A DNA stretch of 64,000 bases from Candidatus Altimarinota bacterium (GTDB taxonomy: Bacteria > Patescibacteriota > Gracilibacteria > CAIRYL01 > GCA-016699755): NCBI GenBank assembly GCA_963664295.1, contig OY760935.1:672001-736000 (forward strand), given 5' to 3'. The translations under genes and the position numbers were made by a program. This document shows positions 51,641-59,494 of this stretch, piece after piece (the stretch's first letter is position 1; each line of letters starts with the position of its first letter). The notes under the pieces were generated by a model. That model saw nothing but the letters and a program-made list of their open reading frames with translations. It did not search any database and was not told the DNA's origin.

Positions 51641-51901
51641 TTAATAAATAGCAATAATGTGTTGAGCAGTAGTGTCAGTTGCTTTTACACGAGTTGTATT
51701 AACAGGCAAAAAAGAACCATCAGGCACATTCTTAAAAACAACAGCTGAACTTTCAGAATTTAAAACTGAAATATCTCCCCCACTACCAACATAAAGAGAA
51801 CGAGCAGAAATGCTCAAATCATTGTCATCATCAGGTGTCACAGAAGCAAATTGATAAGCTGGTGACACAGAAATTTTTTGATCAGTCACTGGATTAGACA
51901 T
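51641..51901 (-). CDS. Head spike base protein, Rcc01079 (RcGTA GhsA)-like family
   Basis: SPA..F..VTPDD..DL....RSLYVG.GGDI.V.......V.F.NVP.G..LPV...RV.AT.TTA..I.A.Y, 86 aa. Confidence 0.8.
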   Translation of the reverse strand: MSNPVTDQKISVSPAYQFASVTPDDDNDLSISARSLYVGSGGDISVLNSESSAVVFKNVPDGSFLPVNTTRVKATDTTAQHIIAIY

Positions 51902-51923
51902 AATTAAAATAAAAAATGAAAAA

Positions 51924-52070
51924 TTATTTTTTAGGGGGTCTGCCTCTTTTTTTAGGCATAAATTTCATTTTAATAATTTTTGCTTCATCATTTTTAATCA
52001 TTTTTTTTGCTTTCCAAGCGGGCACTGCAACAATGCGCCCAAAGCGATTTTTTATTTTTTGTGTTTGCAT
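51924..52070 (-). CDS. 48-aa basic protein with C-terminal AT-hook-like KKRGRPPKK
   Basis: Below the ORF-track cut-off; manual translation MQTQKIKNRFGRIVAVPAWKAKKMIKNDEAKIIKMKFMPKKRGRPPKK*. Confidence 0.6.
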   Translation of the reverse strand: MQTQKIKNRFGRIVAVPAWKAKKMIKNDEAKIIKMKFMPKKRGRPPKK

Positions 52071-52077
52071 AGTTTTA

Positions 52078-52111
52078 TTAAAAAATCATGACGGGCATAT
52101 AAAAATGCCCG
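52078..52111 (-). terminator. Hairpin/terminator after the major capsid gene
   Basis: CGGGCAT-6 nt-ATGCCCG stem (52092-52111), T-run shortly after on the minus strand. Confidence 0.55.
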
Positions 52112-52122
52112 CACAAAATTCT

Positions 52123-52989
52123 TTAAACAGAAATTTGAACATCAATAAGACGATTAGCACCTTCTGTAAAAGTTTTTACACCAAATTTAGCCTGAGATTT
52201 AAAAAGATAAACAAAATCATCTCTAAATTCAGGAGGAGTAATTTGCACTTTTGGTTTAATATTAGCCGCAAAACAAATAGGCTTACCACCACCAGCAAGA
52301 GCATGTTTAGTGCCAGTAGCAGTGACAAGATTGTTAGAACAATAAATTTTAATACCAGCAACAGTACCAACATAACCTCTAGTCACAACATTATCACCCA
52401 TTTGACCAGATCTTAAAACAGCTTCAGATTGCAATAAAAGAGCTTTTTCTACAGGTGAAATAATCAAAAATCTATCATCTTGCGGAACATTATTCACATC
52501 AAGAATTTGCCCAATACCAACAATAAATTTATAAATATTGTCTTTAGTAAGAACAGCCGGGTTAGTAGCAGTACCACCAACAAGCTCAGCATCAGCAGTA
52601 TGTTCAGCATTAGCATACTCAGCCATAATCGCATCATCATAAGCACTAGCAAAACTCTCAGCCGCATCAGCAATAAATTGATCCTTAGGACTAACTTTCA
52701 TGTATTTAACATCTTCTTCAGAAAGTTTCACAGCCCAAGCTTTACGAGTATCAAGAGAAAAAGTTTCATCAGCAACAGTAAGATCCTGCACAGTAGGAGA
52801 AGAATAAGAAGTCTCAAGATTACCAACAGAGATTTTATTAACACGAGGAAAATGCACAGTATCATTGCCATCAAAACTTCCTTCAAATTTTGTGTTAGCA
52901 ATATCCATACCAACAAACCTCTCACGAAGAACCTCCTGCAAAACCGAACTCCAAGCCTCAGCATTCAAACCCGCAACATTATTAGCCAT
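52123..52989 (-). CDS. Major capsid protein (HK97 fold, P22-coat/podovirus-like)
   Basis: E.WS..L...L, FEG.....DTVHFPR, A..A...D..I, LD..NVP.DDRFLIISP, G.VGTVAG.KIY.SNNL, FGVK; strongly T-ending codons. Confidence 0.85.
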   Translation of the reverse strand: MANNVAGLNAEAWSSVLQEVLRERFVGMDIANTKFEGSFDGNDTVHFPRVNKISVGNLETSYSSPTVQDLTVADETFSLDTRKAWAVKLSEEDVKYMKVSPKDQFIADAAESFASAYDDAIMAEYANAEHTADAELVGGTATNPAVLTKDNIYKFIVGIGQILDVNNVPQDDRFLIISPVEKALLLQSEAVLRSGQMGDNVVTRGYVGTVAGIKIYCSNNLVTATGTKHALAGGGKPICFAANIKPKVQITPPEFRDDFVYLFKSQAKFGVKTFTEGANRLIDVQISV

Positions 52990-53053
52990 AATAAAAATAG
53001 AAAAAATAAAACAAAAAAATATTCATATTCAAATTACTCAGTCAAAAACAAAC

Positions 53054-53686
53054 TCAAGCAAAACGCACTTCACCAAAACGATTTTCACATTCAGAAATAT
53101 ATTTTTTTCTTTGATAATCAGTGAACACATCAAAATCATCTGTATTGACCAAATAAAATTCATCAGCAGTATTCACATTTGACCTAGGGGGCATAGTTGC
53201 AACAGAACGCAATTCCTCCCTTTTTTTGTCCGCCTCATTGCGAATACCAAGAATAGCAATAGATTTAGCAAGAGCAGTCTCAAAAGGCACGCCATAATCA
53301 ATCAGCGTCGTCATCTCCTGAGAAAACTTCTCGCCATATCTTGCATCAAACTCAGTCTCCGAAAGCCCGCTTTTTTCACGAGCTACCTGCAAAGCAGACT
53401 GATAATTAAAATTTTCACTTTTTTGCTCCGATTTCTGATCTTCTACTTTTAAAATTGTGCCAATTTCTCTCTGTACCCACTCCGGCGCAGAAGAAATATC
53501 TTCATCATTTTGCGCTTTTTCAAGCCATTTATTAACAGTCGCCTCTCGCACAATTTTTCTATCCTCAAGTTTTTTTTCATTATTATCACAAGGTTCATCG
53601 CCAGCATCAACGGTGTCCTCAACTGACTCATCACAAGGTGGCAAAACCTGCTCATCTTCCATGGTGGTCAAATTTTCTTTTTCCAT
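53054..53686 (-). CDS. Putative capsid scaffolding protein
   Basis: Acidic disordered N-terminus, helical body, short C-terminal helix; immediately upstream of the capsid gene. Confidence 0.6.
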   Translation of the reverse strand: MEKENLTTMEDEQVLPPCDESVEDTVDAGDEPCDNNEKKLEDRKIVREATVNKWLEKAQNDEDISSAPEWVQREIGTILKVEDQKSEQKSENFNYQSALQVAREKSGLSETEFDARYGEKFSQEMTTLIDYGVPFETALAKSIAILGIRNEADKKREELRSVATMPPRSNVNTADEFYLVNTDDFDVFTDYQRKKYISECENRFGEVRFA

Positions 53687-53785
53687 AAAAATCGTGAAAA
53701 ATCTTAAAAATCAAATGGCAGTAAAATACTGCAAATTCTCATTTTAATTTTTTTCTACCGACTTAAATCAAATGAAACATAAAAA

Positions 53786-53813
53786 CAAAAAAGATTGGCA
53801 AAAATCCAATCTT
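53786..53813 (-). terminator. Leader terminator of the scaffold-capsid module
   Basis: Minus strand AAGATTGG-ATTTTTG-CCAATCTT-TTTTG. Confidence 0.65.
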
Positions 53814-53836
53814 CATTTTTATCATCATTTTATTTA

Positions 53837-53865
53837 ATTATATCAAATTCTACAGAAAAACACAA
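53837..53865 (-). promoter_or_regulatory. sigma70 promoter of the scaffold-capsid module
   Basis: TTGTGT-17 nt-TATAAT with extended -10 TG. Confidence 0.7.
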
Positions 53866-53877
53866 ATTTTTTTCATT

Positions 53878-54408
53878 TTACTTTTGCGCCAAAAATTTTT
53901 TCACCTTCACAAAAATAATCTTCAAAAGCTCAATTACTGCAGAAAAGACAAAAATCAAAAGTGTATAATAAAAACATGCAAGCGCAAAAAGCTGACCTTC
54001 ATAATCATAAGCTGGCTCAAAAGCATGGTACCCACTGCCATCAGGAAACACTATTCTTCCTGTAGGCGTATACTCAGCGCCATAAGAAAGAAAAATTTGA
54101 TCATGAAGATAGCCAAAAAACCAAGCAAAAATCAAAACAAAAACAAATGAAACCAAAAAAGAGTTAGTTATATTTTTTACTGGCTTATAAATGAAACTTA
54201 AAGTAAAAACTGGCAACCATGCGAGAAACATAATTACAAAAAAAGCCAAAGACATTGCAATAAAAAATAAAATATCGTCCTTCAGCGGAAGTGAACGATA
54301 CTTGATCGCCCCAATACACAAAACAATAAAAATAGGTGCATAAAACCCAAGCAAACTTCTCCATGCTTGATCTTTTTTACCAATATTGTTTTTAATTTTG
54401 TTAGTCAT
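53878..54408 (-). CDS. Four-TM membrane protein, candidate immunity protein 2
   Basis: Paralog of the upstream gene (WLPVFTLSFIYKPVKNITNSFLVSF; GAEYTPTGRI). Confidence 0.7.
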   Translation of the reverse strand: MTNKIKNNIGKKDQAWRSLLGFYAPIFIVLCIGAIKYRSLPLKDDILFFIAMSLAFFVIMFLAWLPVFTLSFIYKPVKNITNSFLVSFVFVLIFAWFFGYLHDQIFLSYGAEYTPTGRIVFPDGSGYHAFEPAYDYEGQLFALACFYYTLLIFVFSAVIELLKIIFVKVKKFLAQK

Positions 54409-54907
54409 AAAATTTTTTCTTTAAATAATTAAAAACACTACCTAGGCAAGAAAACACAAAAACCTGCAAAATAAACAAAATAAGAACAATAATAAAGCCG
54501 TCTCTATCAACTTCGGCAGATGGGCTATAAAAATAAAGATTATGCTCCATAGAAAAACCGATCCTGCCGGAAGGCGTAAAAACTGCCCCATGCCAAAGCC
54601 AAATTTTTTTATAAAGAAAAACACTTAAATAATAAAACAAAGAAATAAATGCAAAAGAAACAACAAAAGAATTAACAATGTTTCTGGCAGGTTTATAAAA
54701 AACACTTAAAATAAATATAGGAACCCAAACAAAAAGACAATAATAAGATAAAAAAAATAAAAATGACCAATAATTAACATCAAATCCTGCCCTAAATAAA
54801 TTGTCAAAATTTACAACCCAGGGCAATAGAGCAAAAGCAAGTGCTCCCCTAATTGATTTGAAGCTATCTCTAATAAAATTCTCAATTTTTTTAGTTTCGC
54901 TGGTCAT
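54401..54907 (-). CDS. Four-TM membrane protein, candidate immunity protein 1
   Basis: WVPIFILSVFYKPARNIVNSFVVSF; GAVFTPSGRI; start overlaps the toxin 3' end. Confidence 0.7.
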   Translation of the reverse strand: MTSETKKIENFIRDSFKSIRGALAFALLPWVVNFDNLFRAGFDVNYWSFLFFLSYYCLFVWVPIFILSVFYKPARNIVNSFVVSFAFISLFYYLSVFLYKKIWLWHGAVFTPSGRIGFSMEHNLYFYSPSAEVDRDGFIIVLILFILQVFVFSCLGSVFNYLKKKFYD

Positions 54908-55982
54908 AAAGTTGGTAACCAAAATCTAAATAATATGAATCACCAGGGTTATCTTTTCCTAAATTATCAATTGCTGCTGCATCTTTAATTTTATCGTAAT
55001 CAAGATCAAAATGATTAGCAGTATATCCAATAATCATATTACCTGGTGCATCATATCTTATCAAATCTCCATTAAATATATATGAATAATAATATCGTTC
55101 GATTTTATCACCACTGCCTGTTCCTGATTTTTGACCAAAAATTGGATGATAAGAATGAACATAATCATAGGGACCATTGCGACGAAATAGACCTAAAAAA
55201 TCGCCCAAGCTTAATAAGCTTGGTATGCCCGGTGTCGGCTTATCAAAAACTAATATTGAAAATACTTTATTAGGCGTATAAGGGCGCATAAATAATATCC
55301 TCAAGTCTCTAATTGCCTTTTCGCATTCCTCAAAAAACAAATCCTGAATATCAAAAGGGCAAACATCATTTAGTCCACAAAAAGTAAATCTGCCTACTAA
55401 ATCTTTAGGATCAATCGAATTGCTCTCATCAAAAAAGCTCACTCTGACAATTGTCTCCCATGTAGTTTGAATTCCAAGGACTTTATTGACAATATTAGTA
55501 ATGGCTTGTGAAGGATTATCCACCTCCAAAATCCCAGGTAAAATCTCACCAGTGTAAGGATTATAAAAATCAATCTTGCCTCCTTCTGGCTTAAAAAATT
55601 CCTCTTCACCTGCAGATAAATTCATTTGAACTTCTGCATTTGTGCTTGTATACAAGCCGTCCACAGTCATCTTGTCTCCATTATCATCCAAAACAAAAGT
55701 GCCATCAGGCATATAAATATTACCATTTTCATCAATAGACCTACCTGCATCTTGCAACATTTCAACAATATCCTCCTTTGTTTTTGCATCTTTTTTAATC
55801 TTTTCCTGTAAAACATCACAAGGAATACAAGCGGGAGAATAAATCCACATTTCAGTACCGTCATTGCAAGTGACGCCATCATCAGAAATTCCCCCATGAT
55901 AAGAACAGCAACCACGCATAGAACCTCCGGCAGAGGCTAGTTGTGTTTTTCTGTGAGATGTTAATTTAAGCTCTTCAGACAT
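54891..55982 (-). CDS. Putative polymorphic toxin: Cys/His-rich N-terminal motif + C-terminal Ntox44-like domain
   Basis: N-terminal RGCCSYHGG..CNDG; C-terminal NGPYDY..YIFNG....YDAPGNMIIGY....DNPGD...GY..Y matches the Ntox44 GNxxxG/DxxxD pattern. Confidence 0.65.
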   Translation of the reverse strand: MSEELKLTSHRKTQLASAGGSMRGCCSYHGGISDDGVTCNDGTEMWIYSPACIPCDVLQEKIKKDAKTKEDIVEMLQDAGRSIDENGNIYMPDGTFVLDDNGDKMTVDGLYTSTNAEVQMNLSAGEEEFFKPEGGKIDFYNPYTGEILPGILEVDNPSQAITNIVNKVLGIQTTWETIVRVSFFDESNSIDPKDLVGRFTFCGLNDVCPFDIQDLFFEECEKAIRDLRILFMRPYTPNKVFSILVFDKPTPGIPSLLSLGDFLGLFRRNGPYDYVHSYHPIFGQKSGTGSGDKIERYYYSYIFNGDLIRYDAPGNMIIGYTANHFDLDYDKIKDAAAIDNLGKDNPGDSYYLDFGYQLYDQRN

Positions 55983-56000
55983 AATAAAATCTAAAAATTT

Positions 56001-56327
56001 CTAAAACCTTGGAGATAAATTTTCAATTTCTTCGTCAAGCCCTCTTTCCAACTGATCTTCCTCAAACGCAGTGCGAAAAAAAGCAATCAACTCACCCATT
56101 CCTCGCTTAAATTCACGCAAATCTTTTTTAAAATTCTTCTGTGACTGTAAATAAACCAAAACCTCCATTAAATACAGCAAATCACTCTCATTTTCTTGCC
56201 AAAATTTTGCAAAAATCCTGCGTTTTAATTTACTTCCCAAAATAGACTCCGAATAGGTTTCTTCATTTTTATTTTTTGTAGCAAAAAGCCGTCTCAAAAA
56301 ACCAATTTTTTTTAACATATTCAACAA
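56001..56327 (-). CDS. Small helical hypothetical protein downstream of the portal gene
   Basis: 108-aa frame; position typical of portal-associated small genes. Confidence 0.6.
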   Translation of the reverse strand: MLNMLKKIGFLRRLFATKNKNEETYSESILGSKLKRRIFAKFWQENESDLLYLMEVLVYLQSQKNFKKDLREFKRGMGELIAFFRTAFEEDQLERGLDEEIENLSPRF

Positions 56328-56335
56328 ATAAAAAA

Positions 56336-57874
56336 TTATTTAATTTCCAAATCGCCTTCTTCTAAAGGCAAACCAAGAATTTGCGATCTTTTTATAATCG
56401 CTTTCTTATGCGCCAAAGAGCCTGTTGGCAAAACTTTAAGCATCTCATCAAGACGCGCCAACTCCGCAGTATAACTTGGATAAACACCACTACGAGAATC
56501 AATTTCAATACTAAATTCGTTTTCAGAAATTAACTTACTAACCATGCCCAAAGTCACTCCCTCTGCGACTAAAGTCTGGTCATCATGTGCTACAAAATCA
56601 CGAATTGAAGTCAAAACACACTCAATAGCAAAACGGATTTCCTCTGCATTTTGTTCCATAATCTGACGAACAAATGCATTAGAATTTTCCTCTCTCAAAA
56701 GAGCATGTCTAGCTGTGTCATTATTAGAAACTGATAAGTCATCAAGGTTAATACCAATTCTTTTTACAATTTGATCATATTTTTCAAACAAGCGCTCAAA
56801 CTCAGAAGTAAGCTGTTCGCCAATAATAGACTTAATTTTTCCATATTCTAATTGTCCGTTGTCATCAGCCTCAACAGGAATAATGCCCATTTCTCCGCGA
56901 CTTTTTGCCTCCAAAGCTTTATAAACCCAATTTTGAAACTCAGCAATTTTGCTCTTTTTCATAGTGATTGTATATAGCGGATCAACACGATTAGAAATTG
57001 CAGATATTGCCATATTCATCAACTTTCTTGCCTCAATATGCAGGTTATAAAGTAAATTTCCCAAACCAGCGTTATAAAAACCTTTCAAAGAAGAAAAACA
57101 AACAAAATGCAAAAGTGGCAAATAAGGATTACTATTTTTGTCCCAAAAAGGATAATTATCACCACAAGCCTTTTTTAAGCAAATAGCATTACTACCAGCC
57201 AAAACAAAATACTGTTTTTTACTTTTCGAAAAATAATGCACAAGCTCAACAAAGTCATCTTTATCATCAGAGCTTTCTCTGCCAGCAAATGGCACTCTGC
57301 CTAGTAAAACTTTTTTTGCTTCAGGAAAAAGCTGATGAAATTCATCAATTGAATAAAGATAAGAAAAAGCAATTTCATCAGCATCTAAACTTCCTCCCTC
57401 GGAACGAAGCTCACTGGCTTGCGGGTCAATCCAAACATCATTAATGGAGCAAGTTTCAAAACAAATTGGATTCCTAGCAGTGCCAGCGCCAATTTTGATA
57501 AAGGCATCACCAAAAAGAAGACCACGAAAAAAAGCACCTGATTTTTCAGTAAAAACCCTGGAAAAACCGCTCCTACTAAGCACAAAATCAAGACCTTTCC
57601 TTACTGCCTCATGCGAATTGCTATCAGCTAAATTACTCTTAAGACGAAAGTCCAATAGCTTCATTTTTGCCACAGTTTTCCAAAGAGCTTGAAAAAGCAA
57701 AAATCCATTTAATGTTTTTTTGGGACTTTTTTTCTCTGTTAAAAATTGATCTTGATATAAAACCTGTATTTTTGCACATTCTGCTGTTTTTTCATTTTTC
57801 TGAGCATTGGCTCTTTGCACAAGATTATCAACAAGCAAAAACTGCTTATTATCTGACAAATTTTCAATTTGCAT
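56336..57874 (-). CDS. Putative portal protein (P22/podovirus-like); start 57874 or 57913
   Basis: ~512 aa; LLFGDAFIK, VWIDPQA, NYPF...LP..H, GFY..GLG..L, M.I..I...V.P, G......TA; first gene of the head cluster. Confidence 0.75.
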   Translation of the reverse strand: MQIENLSDNKQFLLVDNLVQRANAQKNEKTAECAKIQVLYQDQFLTEKKSPKKTLNGFLLFQALWKTVAKMKLLDFRLKSNLADSNSHEAVRKGLDFVLSRSGFSRVFTEKSGAFFRGLLFGDAFIKIGAGTARNPICFETCSINDVWIDPQASELRSEGGSLDADEIAFSYLYSIDEFHQLFPEAKKVLLGRVPFAGRESSDDKDDFVELVHYFSKSKKQYFVLAGSNAICLKKACGDNYPFWDKNSNPYLPLLHFVCFSSLKGFYNAGLGNLLYNLHIEARKLMNMAISAISNRVDPLYTITMKKSKIAEFQNWVYKALEAKSRGEMGIIPVEADDNGQLEYGKIKSIIGEQLTSEFERLFEKYDQIVKRIGINLDDLSVSNNDTARHALLREENSNAFVRQIMEQNAEEIRFAIECVLTSIRDFVAHDDQTLVAEGVTLGMVSKLISENEFSIEIDSRSGVYPSYTAELARLDEMLKVLPTGSLAHKKAIIKRSQILGLPLEEGDLEIK

Positions 57875-57969
57875 AAAAATAGATAAAAATAAAAAACTTA
57901 TTTTTATGCTCATTTTTATAAATTTATATTTATCTATTTATTAAAACTAATTCACACAAATCTAATTAA

Positions 57970-57995
57970 CAAAAAAAGAAACTCTGCGATTTCTT
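57970..57995 (-). terminator. Leader terminator of the portal module (may also terminate MATE)
   Basis: Minus strand AAGAAA-TCGCAGAG-TTTCTT-TTTTTG; weak AT-rich stem. Confidence 0.45.
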
Positions 57996-58015
57996 CATCT
58001 TCATATTTCAAATAA

Positions 58016-58044
58016 ATAATACCAAAAAAAGCCCAAAAAATCAA
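58016..58044 (-). promoter_or_regulatory. sigma70 promoter of the portal module
   Basis: TTGATT-17 nt-TATTAT with extended -10 TG. Confidence 0.6.
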
Positions 58045-58050
58045 GCAAAT

Positions 58051-59391
58051 TCACTCTCCAAGCTGTTTTATGTGATAATTTGTATAAAAAATAGTAATCA
58101 CAGTAGTCACCCAATCAATACAAAAAATACCCAACCAAATCGCTAAAATTGGAAAATCAAAAACCTTAACCAAAACATAATAAACAGGCAAAGGTAAAAC
58201 AATTTGACGCAAAAAACTAATATAAAAAGCATAAGCCGGTTTTTTAATTGCCTGCAAAGTAGCCATATTCAAAGCCAAAAAAACATAAGACCAAGCAGAA
58301 AGAGACAATATTTTTAAGGCAATTCCGCCAATTTCAATAACTTTTTGATCATCACTAAAAAAGCTCATCAAATTATATGAAGCAAAAAAGATAAAAAGCA
58401 CTGAAAACAGCATAATAATAGAACCATATTTTATAGCTGTTTTGCGCACTTCGTTCATTCTTTGATAATTTCCCGCACCATTATTCTGACCAACAATAGC
58501 CAAAACAGCTATATTAAGACCCATAATAGGCAAAAGAAAAATCTGTTCAGCACGAGTCATAATTCCATAAGCCGCCACTGCCTCTTCTCCGTAAAATTTT
58601 AAAAAATAAGTAATTACAAAAATACCAAGAGCAATAGTCATCATGTTTACACTAGAAGGAAAACCTTGCTTGATAATTTCCCAATAAGCTTCTTTTCGAG
58701 GGCGCAAGTCAGATAATTTTTTAATATGCAAAAACCCCATTCTATAGCTTGTAATAGTAATATAAATAGTATTGATCGCCATAATCAAAACAGTAGCCAA
58801 AGCAACTCCTGAAATCCCCAAAGCAGGCACGCCAAAACCACCATACAAAAACCAAGGATCAAAAATTAAATTAAGAAAAAAGCCTAAAACCAATAAATTA
58901 CGATAAACTTTAGTATTACCAGAGGCAATAAGAGTGCTGTTAATAGAATGAGTAGTAATAAAAAAGAAAGTACCAAGAAAAATAATATTTATATAAGAGA
59001 GAGCTAAATCAAAAGATGCTTGACTTGTTGCAAGTAATTTAAATAAATATGGTGCTAAAAAAAGCCCAAAAAACATTAAAAAAACAGCAAAAATCATTCC
59101 AAAAGAAACAACTTGCGTTGAAAAAAGTCTGGCTTTTTCTTTTTCTCCAGCGCCCAAAGCATTTGAAATCAATGCAGATCCACCAGTAGAAATACCATTC
59201 GCAAAAGACAAAATAATAAAAAACACTGGAAAACTAATAGACATAGCCGCCAGCGCCTCAGTGGACATTTGCCCCGCAAAATAAGTATCCACCACGTTAT
59301 ACATGGTCTGAAAAAAGAAACCAATACTCGCAGGCATTGCTATTTTGGCGATCAAAGATGAAATTTTTCCTTCTACAAGTTCTGCTTTCAA
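58051..59391 (-). CDS. MATE family efflux transporter
   Basis: IAMPA.....Q.MYNVVDT, NLIFDP, GISGVALAT, VGQNNGAGN; about 12 TM. Confidence 0.94.
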   Translation of the reverse strand: MKAELVEGKISSLIAKIAMPASIGFFFQTMYNVVDTYFAGQMSTEALAAMSISFPVFFIILSFANGISTGGSALISNALGAGEKEKARLFSTQVVSFGMIFAVFLMFFGLFLAPYLFKLLATSQASFDLALSYINIIFLGTFFFITTHSINSTLIASGNTKVYRNLLVLGFFLNLIFDPWFLYGGFGVPALGISGVALATVLIMAINTIYITITSYRMGFLHIKKLSDLRPRKEAYWEIIKQGFPSSVNMMTIALGIFVITYFLKFYGEEAVAAYGIMTRAEQIFLLPIMGLNIAVLAIVGQNNGAGNYQRMNEVRKTAIKYGSIIMLFSVLFIFFASYNLMSFFSDDQKVIEIGGIALKILSLSAWSYVFLALNMATLQAIKKPAYAFYISFLRQIVLPLPVYYVLVKVFDFPILAIWLGIFCIDWVTTVITIFYTNYHIKQLGE

Positions 59392-59494
59392 ATATATATA
59401 AAAAGAGCTGAATAATTATATCAAAACAAACAAAAAATAAAACCTTCAAAAACATAATTAAAATAGAAAACTTATAATTAAAAATTTTTCTAGG

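Noticed and set aside
52123-52989. Encapsulin nanocompartment
   Set aside because: Size is similar, but neighbouring portal, scaffold, adaptor and nozzle genes indicate a tailed-virion head.
55915-55982. Double-glycine (bacteriocin-type) leader in MSEELKLTSHRKTQLASAGG
   Set aside because: Spacing does not fit LSxxELxxIxGG and no peptidase-ABC transporter is nearby.
46552-57913. Complete inducible prophage or PICI/satellite
   Set aside because: No integrase, replication, repressor, terminase or att sites visible; a decayed-prophage origin is not excluded.
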